Assembly: GCA_041738395.1 (NCBI GenBank)
Contig: JBGSPW010000025.1
Span: 4,100 to 68,099, forward strand
DNA from: Thermoflexales bacterium
Lineage (GTDB): Bacteria; Chloroflexota; Anaerolineae; Fen-1058
DNA length: 64,000 nt
Direction: 5' to 3'
Below are positions 1-9,341 of the stretch, piece after piece (the first letter of the stretch is position 1; each line of letters begins with the position of its first letter). The position numbers and the translations under genes were made by a program. Under the pieces are notes generated by a model. The model was not told the DNA's origin, did not search any database, and saw nothing but the letters and a program-made list of their open reading frames with translations.

Positions 1-2
1 TG

Positions 3-3000
3 CTGGAATTGATCCTGACCCGCCCCATTGAGCGGCAACTGGTCCAGGCCGCGCAAGGGCTGCGCTTTCTGGTACTAGATGAACTGCACACCTATCGCGG
101 ACGGCAAGGCGCGGATGTGGCTTTGCTGGTCAGGCGAGTGCGTGATGCATTGAATGCCCCGACGTTACAGTGCGTGGGCACCTCGGCGACGCTGTCTAGC
201 ATGGGCACTTTCGATGAGCAACGCGCAGACGTGGCCCGCGTGGCGAGCAATCTGTTCGGCGCGCCCGTCCTGCCGCCGAATGTGATCGGCGAGACGCTGC
301 GCCGCGCCACGACCGAACGTGATCTGAATGATCCCACGTATGTCACAGAACTTACGGCGCGCGTGATAGATTCTGATCGGCAGCCTCCGCTTAAATATGA
401 AGCGTTTATCCACGATCCGCTGTCGATCTGGTTGGAGAGTACGTTTGGGATTACCACCGAAACGGGCACGGGGCGGTTGGTGCGAGCGCAGCCCAGCAGC
501 ATCACGGGCAAGGAAGGCGCTGCCCTCAAACTGAGTACGCTCACGGGCGTGAGTGTCGAGCCATGCAGTCAAGTTATTGAAGCGGGTTTGATGGCTGGCT
601 ATCAATGTCACGATCCGCAGACGGGCTTCCCCGCCTTCGCCTTTCGCCTGCATCAATTCATCAGTCGCGGGGACACCGTCTACGCCTCGCTCGAGACCGA
701 GGAGACACGCCATCTCACCCTGTATCGACAACAATACGTTCCCGGCGATCGCAGCAAGGTCTTGCTCCCGTTGGCGTTTTGTCGTGAATGCGGTCAGGAA
801 TACTACAGCGTCCGAGTGGCAGAAGACAAAGCGAGCGGCGCACAACAATTCATCGCGCGTGATCTGACTGACCAGACACCCAGTGATGATGGTGAGCCAG
901 GGTTCCTGTATTTCAACACCGCTCATCCGTGGCCGAGTGATCCCGAAGACATCGCACAGCGTGTGCCCGATGATTGGCTGGAAGATCACAAGGGCGGGCA
1001 GCGGGTGCGCAGCGATCGTAAGAAATATTTACCGCAGCCCGTACGGGTAGGTTCTGATGGTAACGAATCGGAGCCTGGCCTGGCCGGCCACTATCTGAGC
1101 GCGCCGTTTCGCTTCTGTCTTCACTGCGGAGTCACGTATGGTGGTCGCCAGTATAACGATTTCGCCAAGTTATCCTCGCTGGCCTCGGAAGGCCGCAGTA
1201 CCGCCACAACGATCTTGAGCCTGGCGGCGATTCGCGGCTTGCAGAATGATCAAACGCTCAGGCCCGAAGCGCGCAAGATGTTAAGTTTCACCGATAACCG
1301 CCAGGATGCTTCCTTGCAGGCCGGCCACTTCAATGATTTCATCGAGATCGGACAATTGCGATCGGGGTTGCAACGAGCCGTCCAGCACGCCGGCGTCAAT
1401 GGCTTTTACCATGATCAACTGGCGCAGCAAGTCTTTGATGCCTTGAGTCTGCAACCGGAGGCTTACGCCGTCAATCCGCAGGTGCGCTATCAGGCGAAGA
1501 ACGAAGTGGATCGCGCCTTGCGCAATGTCTTGGGGTATCGCCTGTATCGCGATCTGAAACGCGGCTGGCGCATCACGTCGCCGAACCTTGAGCAATGCGG
1601 CCTGCTGGAGATTCACTATCCAGCGCTGGACGAGATCTGCCAGGACGAAACGCTGTGGTCGTCGCGCCAGGGTGTGCTTGCCACGGCCAGTCCGCAAACG
1701 CGGCTCAAGATTGCCAAGGTGCTGCTGGATTTCATGCGACGCGAATTGGCGATCAAGGTCGACTATCTCGACCAACGTTTCCAGGAGAGCATCCAGCAAC
1801 AGAGCAGCCAATTGCTGATTGCGCCGTGGGCCATCGACGAAAACGAGAAGATGGAATTTGCGGCGATCCTGTTTCCGCGTTCGCGCTCAGCGCAGGATTA
1901 TCAAGGCAACGTCTTCTTGTCGGCACGCGGCGGCTTCGGGCAATACCTGCGCCGACGCACGACGTTCACCGAACTTGCCGAACGACCCAGTCTGGCCGAT
2001 ACCGATACCGTCATCATCGATCTGTTGAGTGTGCTCAACATCGGCGGCCTGGTGCAAGAAGTTGAGCCGCCACGCGAACAGGGCGATGTGCCAGGTTATC
2101 AATTGCCGGCGTCGGCGATCGTGTGGCTGGCCGGTGATGGCACACGCGCTTTCCATGATCCGATCCGTGTGCCCAATGAGCCGGAAGGCGGCGGCCGGAC
2201 CAATCCGTTCTTTGTCAATTTCTATCAGCACCAGGCGAACCATCTGCAAGGCATGGCAGCGCGCGAACACACCGCGCAGGTTCCCTCCGAGGATCGGGAG
2301 GAGCGCGAGATTCTGTTCCGCGAAGGCAAATTGCCGATCTTGTATTGTTCGCCGACGATGGAATTGGGCATCGACATCAAAGACCTAAATGTCGTCAATT
2401 TGCGGAACATTCCACCGACGCCGGCGAACTATGCCCAGCGCAGCGGGCGCGCCGGGCGCAGCGGACAACCCGCGTTGGTCTTCTCGTACTGCGCGACCGG
2501 CAGTTCGCACGATCAATATTTCTTCAAACGGCCTGAGCGGATGGTAGCCGGAGCCGTGACGCCGCCGCGCCTCGACCTGACCAACGAAGATCTGGTGCGC
2601 GCTCACATTCATTCGATCTGGTTGGCCGAAAGCCACCTGAGCCTGGGCAAGTCCTTGAAAGATATTCTCGATGTGGCGGGCGATGATCCCACGTTGAAGT
2701 TGCAGGAGGGTGTCCGGGCCGACATCGAGGCCGAGGGGCCGCGGCAACGCGCGCGGGCGCGTGCCGAGCAAGTCATCGACACGTTCCGTGCCGATCTGCT
2801 CTCCTCGGGTTGGTATCACGACGGCTGGTTGGACGATGTTCTCACGCAGGTAGCCCGCCGCTTCGATCAGACGTGCGATCGCTGGCGAGGCTTGTATCGG
2901 TCGGCTTTAGCCCAGGCGCGGGTGCAGGACAAAATCATCCGCGACGCGACGCGCAGCGCCGACGACAAGAATCAAGCCTATCGGCTGCGCAGCGAGTCCG

Positions 3001-4577
3001 AAGAACAATTGCGCCTGTTGACCGACGTCGAGAATCTGGCGCAGTCGGATTTCTATAGTTACCGCTACTTCGCCAGCGAAGGCTTCCTGCCGGGTTACAA
3101 CTTCCCGCGCCTGCCGCTGTCGGCCTACATTCCCGGCCGGCGTACCAAGCAACGCGATGAGTTTCTGTCACGACCACGCTTCCTGGCGATCTCGGAATTC
3201 GGCCCGCGGGCGATTGTGTATCACGAAGGCTCGCGCTATCTCATCAACAAAGTGATCATGCCGGTCGATGGCGATGAACCGTTGATGCATCTGGCCAAAC
3301 GGTGTGAAGCCTGCGGCTATCTCCACCCGATCGCGACGGGCGACGGCCCCGATCGCTGCGAGCGCTGCGGGGCCATGCTCGAAGCGCCGCTGCGAGCGTT
3401 GTTCCGCCTGCAGAACGTCTCGACCAAACGCCGCGACAAGATCAACTCCGACGAAGAAGAACGCATGCGCATGGGCTATGAAATCATCACCGGCGTGCGC
3501 TTCATCGATCAAGGCGAGCGGCCTGCCTACCAGACGGCGACGCTGGAAAAAGACGGCGAGAGTTTGGTACGCTTGACTTACGGCCACGCGGCCACGTTGT
3601 GGCGCATCAACCTGGGCTGGAGTCGTCGGGCTAACAAGGAGCAGTATGGTTTTGTGCTCGATGTGGAGCGCGGTTACTGGGCCAAGAATGATCAACTCCC
3701 TGATGATGCCCAGGACGATCCGCTGTCGGCGCGGGTCAAACGCGTGATTCCCTACGTCGAAGACTCGCGCAATTGTTTGCTGTTCGAGCCGGTCGAGCCG
3801 CTGTCCAATGAAGAGATGGCATCGCTGCAGGCGGCGCTCAAGAGCGCGATTCAAGTGCAGTATCAACTGGAAGACAACGAATTGGCCGCTGAACCACTGC
3901 CCTCGCCGGATCAACGCCGCCAGATTCTGCTCTACGAATCGGCCGAAGGCGGCGCGGGCGTGTTACGGCGCTTAGTGGAAGACCCGCAGGCGTGGGCGCA
4001 GGTGGCGGCCGAAGCCTTACGCATCTGTCACTTCGATCCGGCCACCGGTGATGATCAGCGACGTGCGCCGCATTCGCGCGAAGACTGCGAGGCGGCGTGT
4101 TACGACTGCTTGATGAGTTACTATAACCAGCGCGAGCATCGCCTGCTCGATCGGCAGAAGATCCGCGACATCTTGTTGGAGTATGCGCAGGCGCAGGTGG
4201 TCACTTCACCGGTGGAAAAGACGCGCAGCGATCATTTGCAGGCGCTGATACGGCAGGCCGGTTCTGATCTGGAACGCCAATGGCTGAAGTATCTGGAAGA
4301 TCGTAAGTATCGCCTGCCCTCGAAGGCGCAAGTGTTCATTGCGGCGTGCCAAACTCGACCGGATTTTCTCTACGAAGCAGAACAGGTCGCCGTGTACATT
4401 GACGGGCCGCACCATGCTTACGCCGAACGGCACGCGCGCGATGTGAAACAGACTGAGGATATGATCGATCGCGGCTATACCGTGATTCGCTTTGGCCTAA
4501 CGGACGATTGGGAAAGCATCATCGCGCACTATCCCTACGTTTTCGGGACGGGATCGAGGATGGCGGCTCAGGCCTGA
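3..4577 (+). CDS. drmA: DISARM DrmA/DrmB-like fusion: SF2 DEAD/DEAH helicase + DUF1998 zinc domain + C-terminal DUF559/Vsr-like endonuclease fold; 5' end cut by window edge
   Basis: ORF 9..4577 stays open to the window start. Motif II DELHTYRG, GTSATL, helicase-C motifs (SPTMELGIDI, QRSGRAGRSG). DUF1998-type signatures (EGFLPGYNFPRLPL; CEACG..CERCG; CYDCLMSYYNQ). Tail VYIDGPHH..RD..GYTVIRF resembles DUF559. Confidence 0.75.
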   Translation: MELILTRPIERQLVQAAQGLRFLVLDELHTYRGRQGADVALLVRRVRDALNAPTLQCVGTSATLSSMGTFDEQRADVARVASNLFGAPVLPPNVIGETLRRATTERDLNDPTYVTELTARVIDSDRQPPLKYEAFIHDPLSIWLESTFGITTETGTGRLVRAQPSSITGKEGAALKLSTLTGVSVEPCSQVIEAGLMAGYQCHDPQTGFPAFAFRLHQFISRGDTVYASLETEETRHLTLYRQQYVPGDRSKVLLPLAFCRECGQEYYSVRVAEDKASGAQQFIARDLTDQTPSDDGEPGFLYFNTAHPWPSDPEDIAQRVPDDWLEDHKGGQRVRSDRKKYLPQPVRVGSDGNESEPGLAGHYLSAPFRFCLHCGVTYGGRQYNDFAKLSSLASEGRSTATTILSLAAIRGLQNDQTLRPEARKMLSFTDNRQDASLQAGHFNDFIEIGQLRSGLQRAVQHAGVNGFYHDQLAQQVFDALSLQPEAYAVNPQVRYQAKNEVDRALRNVLGYRLYRDLKRGWRITSPNLEQCGLLEIHYPALDEICQDETLWSSRQGVLATASPQTRLKIAKVLLDFMRRELAIKVDYLDQRFQESIQQQSSQLLIAPWAIDENEKMEFAAILFPRSRSAQDYQGNVFLSARGGFGQYLRRRTTFTELAERPSLADTDTVIIDLLSVLNIGGLVQEVEPPREQGDVPGYQLPASAIVWLAGDGTRAFHDPIRVPNEPEGGGRTNPFFVNFYQHQANHLQGMAAREHTAQVPSEDREEREILFREGKLPILYCSPTMELGIDIKDLNVVNLRNIPPTPANYAQRSGRAGRSGQPALVFSYCATGSSHDQYFFKRPERMVAGAVTPPRLDLTNEDLVRAHIHSIWLAESHLSLGKSLKDILDVAGDDPTLKLQEGVRADIEAEGPRQRARARAEQVIDTFRADLLSSGWYHDGWLDDVLTQVARRFDQTCDRWRGLYRSALAQARVQDKIIRDATRSADDKNQAYRLRSESEEQLRLLTDVENLAQSDFYSYRYFASEGFLPGYNFPRLPLSAYIPGRRTKQRDEFLSRPRFLAISEFGPRAIVYHEGSRYLINKVIMPVDGDEPLMHLAKRCEACGYLHPIATGDGPDRCERCGAMLEAPLRALFRLQNVSTKRRDKINSDEEERMRMGYEIITGVRFIDQGERPAYQTATLEKDGESLVRLTYGHAATLWRINLGWSRRANKEQYGFVLDVERGYWAKNDQLPDDAQDDPLSARVKRVIPYVEDSRNCLLFEPVEPLSNEEMASLQAALKSAIQVQYQLEDNELAAEPLPSPDQRRQILLYESAEGGAGVLRRLVEDPQAWAQVAAEALRICHFDPATGDDQRRAPHSREDCEAACYDCLMSYYNQREHRLLDRQKIRDILLEYAQAQVVTSPVEKTRSDHLQALIRQAGSDLERQWLKYLEDRKYRLPSKAQVFIAACQTRPDFLYEAEQVAVYIDGPHHAYAERHARDVKQTEDMIDRGYTVIRFGLTDDWESIIAHYPYVFGTGSRMAAQA

Positions 4578-4963
4578 CTTAGCCAGGTTTCAATCTCAGC
4601 CAGAATTTGGTTGAGGCTTGGCGGATCGGCGGGCGCGAGCCGGTCTGCGGGACCGAGGTGCTTGTGATGAAGATGCGTGACGATTTCAGGATGGTGCGGC
4701 GCATTGTCGTAGCGAAAGACGCGCTGCCCGTGGCGAAGATAGGTGTAGGCGTAACTCACACGGATAGGATAGCCTAATTCGGTACTCACGACTTCGTAGA
4801 GGTCGAGATACGAATCGTCCCAGAAAACGACGCGACAACGGATTAAGCCATTGTAGTCATCTGAGGCGAGACAGGTAAATGGCTCTTCGAGGCGACCGTT
4901 GGGAATACGCTTCGCGTGACGCAGGCCGCGCTCCAGGGTTTCAAAATAGGCGTCGACGTTCAT
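4568..4963 (-). CDS. DUF6516/TumE-like putative toxin (131 aa from internal Met)
   Basis: Motif YDNAPHHPEIVTHLHHKH as I recall for the DUF6516/TumE family. The start overlaps the stop of the upstream small gene (ATGA). Confidence 0.5.
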   Translation of the reverse strand: MNVDAYFETLERGLRHAKRIPNGRLEEPFTCLASDDYNGLIRCRVVFWDDSYLDLYEVVSTELGYPIRVSYAYTYLRHGQRVFRYDNAPHHPEIVTHLHHKHLGPADRLAPADPPSLNQILAEIETWLSQA

Positions 4964-5178
4964 ACCGAGGCAGACACGTTTTGCATGAACTGGCGAACCG
5001 GCAGTGAGGTGAGGTAGAGATGATACAAGCCGGCCCACAGCATCAGGTCGTCGTCATCGCCCAGTTCGCCGTCTTCGTAGCGGCGGTAGAATTCGATCGT
5101 GGAGTAGCCGTACTTGCGCTCGTATTCGCGCAAACGGTCCGACAGTTCGTCAAAGGTCAGGCGTTGTGATTTGACCAT
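4960..5178 (-). CDS. small partner protein of the DUF6516-like gene (putative antitoxin)
   Basis: 72-aa ORF with GGGAG-type SD, translationally coupled to 4568..4963. Shares the theme KYG(Y/M)..(E/Q)F..acidic run..W with 8451..8780. Confidence 0.45.
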   Translation of the reverse strand: MVKSQRLTFDELSDRLREYERKYGYSTIEFYRRYEDGELGDDDDLMLWAGLYHLYLTSLPVRQFMQNVSASV

Positions 5179-5254
5179 GGCTCTGCTCCCAATAGTCACT
5201 CGTTCTTAAGCAGATTATAGCACGGCCAGCGTCGTGTGCATGGAAGGGGAATCG

Positions 5255-8077
5255 ATGACGTTTGCAGTCGGGTCGCTAGTCAAAGCGCGCGGGCGCGAGT
5301 GGGTGGTGCTGCCGGAATCAGCGGACGAGATGCTGATCCTGCGGCCATTAGGTGGCACGGAAGATGAAGTGGCCGGCATCTATTTGCCGTTGGAGCGCGT
5401 CGAGTCGGCGCAATTTGATCTGCCTGATCCCACGCATCCGGGCGACTATCGTTCCAGCCGCTTGCTGCGCGATGCAGTGCGGCTCGGCTTCCGATCGAGC
5501 GCGGGGCCGTTTCGCTCGTTTGCGCGCATCGCGGTTGAGCCACGCCCATATCAACTGGTGCCGCTGCTGATGGCGCTGAAACTCGATCCGGTGCGGCTGC
5601 TGATCGCGGATGACGTGGGCATCGGCAAGACCATCGAGGCGGGCCTGATCGCGCGGGAATTGATCGATCGCGGCGAGGTGGAACGGCTGGCGGTGTTGTG
5701 CCCGCCGCAGTTAGCCGAGCAATGGCAGGTCGAGCTGCACGACAAATTCCATATCAACGCCGAACTGGTGCAGCCGGGCACGGCCACACGCCTTGAACGG
5801 AATTGCCGCGTGGGTCAATCGTTGTTCGATCTGTATCCGTTTGTGATTGTCTCGATGGATTTCATCAAGTCCGATCGGCGGCGCGATGAATTCCTGCGCA
5901 CCTGCCCGGAGCTGGTGATCATCGACGAGGCGCACACCTGCGCGTATGGCGGCGAAGGGCGCGGCGGGCGACATCAGCGGCATCATCTGGTGTCGGGCCT
6001 GGCTGCGAACCTCAAGCGGCATTTGATCCTGGTGACGGCCACACCGCACAGCGGCAATGAAGCCGCCTTTCGATCGCTGTTATCGTTGCTCAATCCCGAC
6101 TTTGCCGAACTGCCTGACGATATGACGGGCAAGGAAAACGAGCACCATCGGCGCAAGTTAGCGGCGCAGTTTGTGCAGCGCAAGCGCGGCGACATCCGGC
6201 GGTACATGGAGACGGATACGCCGTTCCCCACGCGCGACGGCGGCGACGTTGAGGAAACGTACAAACTGTCGGACGACTACAAGCGCCTGTTTGAACGCGT
6301 GTTGAAGTATGCGCGCGAGATCGTCAGCAATCCGGCCGATGGCAATCAACATCGGCAGCGGGTGCAGTGGTGGTCGGCGCTGGCCTTGCTGCGTTCGCTC
6401 GCGTCGAGTCCGGCAGCGGCCGCCGCGACATTGCGCACGCGCGCGGCGAGTGCGGACACCGATACGGTCGCTGAGGCGGATGAGATCGGGCGGCGCGGGG
6501 TGCTCGATATTGTCGACGACGAATCGGCCGAAGGGATCGATCTGCCACCGGGCGCGGACTACGAAGAGGGCGAAGACCAGAGCAATCGGCGGCGCTTGCT
6601 GCAGATGGCGCGCGAGGCCGAAGCCTTGCAGGGTGAGCAAGATGTGAAGTTGCAGAAGGCTATTGTCTTGATCAAAGGCTTGATCAAGGATGGGTATCAG
6701 CCGATCGTGTTTTGCCGCTTTATCCCCACGGCGGAGTATGTGGCCGAGGCGCTGCGCAAAGCCCTACCCAAAGGCGTCGAAGTGGCGGCGGTCACGGGGC
6801 TGTTGCCTCCCGAAGAGCGCGAGGCGCGCGTGATCGAATTGGGCCAGGCCGCGCAGCATGTGCTGGTGGCCACCGATTGTTTGAGTGAAGGCGTCAATCT
6901 GCAAGAGCATTTCAACGCGGTGCTGCACTATGACCTGTCGTGGAATCCGACCCGCCACGAACAACGCGAGGGCCGCGTCGATCGCTATGGGCAGCCCAGC
7001 CCGACGATCCGCGCCATCACCTACTACGGCGTGGACAACCAGATCGACGGCATCGTGCTGGATGTGCTGATCCGCAAGCATCGCACGATCCGCAATTCGC
7101 TGGGCATTTCTGTGCCGGTGCCGATCGATACCGATCAGGTGGTTGAAGCAATCTTCGAGGGCCTGTTGCTGCGCGAGAAATCTAGCGGCGCGCAGCAATT
7201 GCTGCCGGGGCTGGAAGAATATCTGCGCCCACAGAAGGAAGACCTCAATCGACGCTGGGATGCGTCGGCGGAGCGCGAGAAACGCTCGCGGACGATGTTT
7301 GCACAGGAGACGATCAAGGTTGAGGACGTGGCGCGCGAATTGAAAGCCACGCAGGCCGCGATCGGTTCCGGCGTGGATGTGGAGATGTTTGCGAAAGAGG
7401 CGTTCCAGGCACATGGCGCAATTGTCAGCAAAAAGCGCAACGCAACTGAATTTGATCTCGCTGAGATTCCGGTGGGGTTGGCCGAAGCCGTGGGGCGCAA
7501 GGGCAAGTTCGCGGCACGGTTTGAGTTGCCCGTGCAAGATGAGCAAGTGTATTTGAGCCGCACACACCCGATTGTGGAAGGATTGGCGACGTACGTGATG
7601 GACACCGCGCTCGATCCGATTGGCGAGGGCGTGGCACGGCGTTGCGGGGTGATCCGCACAAGCAAGGTGGAGAAACGCACAACACTATTGCTGGTCCGGT
7701 TCCGCTATCACATTCTGACGAAGCGCGGCGAGACTGAACAGGCGCTGCTGGCCGAAGATTGCCAACTGCTGGCCTTTGCCGGGTCGCCGCAAAACGCCCA
7801 GTGGCTGGATGGCTCAGTCGCCGAGGAGTTACTTTTAGCACAGCCTGACGCCAATGTGCATGCCGAGCAAGCACGCGACTTCTTGCAAAGGGTGCTGGAT
7901 GGCTTTGACGCGCTGCGCCCGCACTTGAATGAAGTGGCTGTGCAGCGCGGCGAGGAGCTGTTGGAACAGCATCGCCGCGTGCGGACGGCTGCGCGAGTGC
8001 AGGGTGTGAGTCAGCGCGTCGAGCCGCAATTACCGCCGGATGTGTTGGGTGTGTATGTGTATCTACCGAAAGGCTAG
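5255..8077 (+). CDS. drmD: SNF2-family helicase, DISARM DrmD-like
   Basis: Walker A DDVGIGKT, motif II IIDEAHTC, VTATPHSG, SNF2 C-terminal block LHYDLSWNPTRHEQREGRVDRYGQ. GGAAGGGG SD precedes the ATG at 5255. Confidence 0.7.
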   Translation: MTFAVGSLVKARGREWVVLPESADEMLILRPLGGTEDEVAGIYLPLERVESAQFDLPDPTHPGDYRSSRLLRDAVRLGFRSSAGPFRSFARIAVEPRPYQLVPLLMALKLDPVRLLIADDVGIGKTIEAGLIARELIDRGEVERLAVLCPPQLAEQWQVELHDKFHINAELVQPGTATRLERNCRVGQSLFDLYPFVIVSMDFIKSDRRRDEFLRTCPELVIIDEAHTCAYGGEGRGGRHQRHHLVSGLAANLKRHLILVTATPHSGNEAAFRSLLSLLNPDFAELPDDMTGKENEHHRRKLAAQFVQRKRGDIRRYMETDTPFPTRDGGDVEETYKLSDDYKRLFERVLKYAREIVSNPADGNQHRQRVQWWSALALLRSLASSPAAAAATLRTRAASADTDTVAEADEIGRRGVLDIVDDESAEGIDLPPGADYEEGEDQSNRRRLLQMAREAEALQGEQDVKLQKAIVLIKGLIKDGYQPIVFCRFIPTAEYVAEALRKALPKGVEVAAVTGLLPPEEREARVIELGQAAQHVLVATDCLSEGVNLQEHFNAVLHYDLSWNPTRHEQREGRVDRYGQPSPTIRAITYYGVDNQIDGIVLDVLIRKHRTIRNSLGISVPVPIDTDQVVEAIFEGLLLREKSSGAQQLLPGLEEYLRPQKEDLNRRWDASAEREKRSRTMFAQETIKVEDVARELKATQAAIGSGVDVEMFAKEAFQAHGAIVSKKRNATEFDLAEIPVGLAEAVGRKGKFAARFELPVQDEQVYLSRTHPIVEGLATYVMDTALDPIGEGVARRCGVIRTSKVEKRTTLLLVRFRYHILTKRGETEQALLAEDCQLLAFAGSPQNAQWLDGSVAEELLLAQPDANVHAEQARDFLQRVLDGFDALRPHLNEVAVQRGEELLEQHRRVRTAARVQGVSQRVEPQLPPDVLGVYVYLPKG

Positions 8078-8454
8078 CCGGCGAAGGTCGTCAAATAGTC
8101 GAGTACCAGCGGCAGATCGTGATCGGGATCGCCGTTGAGGGTGGAATCGCCGACAAGGCCGGTCGCCGCGTGAAAGTGATGAGGATGTGTTGTGAGGCCG
8201 GGGAAATGCTCTTTGTTGTCCCAGCGGAGTACGGGCTGATCGGCCTGAAACAACTGATAGGCGTAATCGACGTGGCGATCGTTATAATACAGGCGAACTT
8301 GCAGCACACCGCCGCGTGTCAGCTCGGCGCGGACCTTCAGTGCAAACTGTTGAGCGGAAAATTGCTGCGTTTCAAGGACATGCACGGCCTTGCATAATGG
8401 AGAGCCTTGCAGGGTGGTGATGACCAGATTGAGAACAGTAGCGGGCGTGGTCAT
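8074..8454 (-). CDS. DUF6516/TumE-like putative toxin, paralog of 4568..4963
   Basis: WDNKEHFPGLTTHPHHFH motif. 4-nt overlap with the upstream partner gene. Confidence 0.5.
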   Translation of the reverse strand: MTTPATVLNLVITTLQGSPLCKAVHVLETQQFSAQQFALKVRAELTRGGVLQVRLYYNDRHVDYAYQLFQADQPVLRWDNKEHFPGLTTHPHHFHAATGLVGDSTLNGDPDHDLPLVLDYLTTFAG

Positions 8455-8780
8455 GCGGCGACTTCGCCCTGCAGGCCGAGCCAGCTGGTCAGCATGTCAC
8501 GGGCGATGCGCCAGTCCTGGGCGTCTTCTTCTTCCAGCATGACGGCCTGATTGAGCGCGACATTCGGCGCAGCCGTCAGGGTGGCCGAGCGCGATTTGAG
8601 ATAGGCGTCGAACTGGTCGTAAGTCATGCCGTACTTGGTGCGCAGCCGGTCATCAACCGCGCGATAGCGCTCGATCTGGCGCAGCACGTAGTCTTGCGCC
8701 ATTTCCGCGACGGCTTTTTCGGTCGAGGGGAATAGCCCGCGCCGCACAAAGGGCTGGACGATATCGGTTACGGTGTGCAT
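8451..8780 (-). CDS. small partner protein (putative antitoxin), analog of 4960..5178
   Basis: 109-aa ORF coupled to 8074..8454. KYGMTYDQFDAY ... EEEDAQDW resembles the other partner protein. Confidence 0.45.
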   Translation of the reverse strand: MHTVTDIVQPFVRRGLFPSTEKAVAEMAQDYVLRQIERYRAVDDRLRTKYGMTYDQFDAYLKSRSATLTAAPNVALNQAVMLEEEDAQDWRIARDMLTSWLGLQGEVAA

Positions 8781-8875
8781 TTTGGCTCCCGTGATTGACG
8801 ATGTACGACTATCGTGATTATACCATTCGAGCAGACTGGCCTGATCATTTGATTATGGAGTTGTCGATTGACTAA

Positions 8876-8948
8876 CCATCGAACCACCTTCACGACCATT
8901 CGCACCGAGGGGGCGATATTGCCCGCCGATCTTCTTCAGCGCATCGCC
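8876..8948 (+). pseudogene. orphan copy of codons ~4-28 of the drmMI-like methyltransferase gene
   Basis: 73 nt match 19876..19948 with 4 mismatches, and the last ~45 nt are identical. Would encode HRTTFTTIRTEGAILPADLLQRIA, then diverges into stops. Confidence 0.85.
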
Positions 8949-8980
8949 TGCTACAGTGGTGTGAGCAGCATGCCGAGCGA

Positions 8981-9325
8981 GTGTATTGGGGAAACGGCGC
9001 TAAAGACGGGTCATTCAATGCCATGCTAGGCTGGGACAGTGAGCATGCCGTCAATGTCTTTGGCGTGTGGACCTACGGGACAGTTGAGGTCGGTTTTCAG
9101 TATGCCAAAGTGTACCCGCCTTTTGATCAGGAAGAGAAGCGGCGCGAGTGGCTGAAACGGCTGAAGGGTATAGACGACAAGGCACTTTCAGCAGATTCCC
9201 TCAATCGCCGTCCCAATTTTCCGTTAGCCGCCTTGGCTGATGAAAAGAAGTTCCAACAGTTTGTCGAAACAATGGAATGGGTGATCAAACAACTGCAAAC
9301 CGCGCGTGATGCGAATGCTGGATGA
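8981..9325 (+). CDS. hypothetical protein (GTG start; possibly a gene fragment)
   Basis: 114-aa ORF directly after the methyltransferase remnant. No motif recognised. Confidence 0.3.
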   Translation: MYWGNGAKDGSFNAMLGWDSEHAVNVFGVWTYGTVEVGFQYAKVYPPFDQEEKRREWLKRLKGIDDKALSADSLNRRPNFPLAALADEKKFQQFVETMEWVIKQLQTARDANAG

Positions 9326-9341
9326 ACTGAGGAGAACATTG

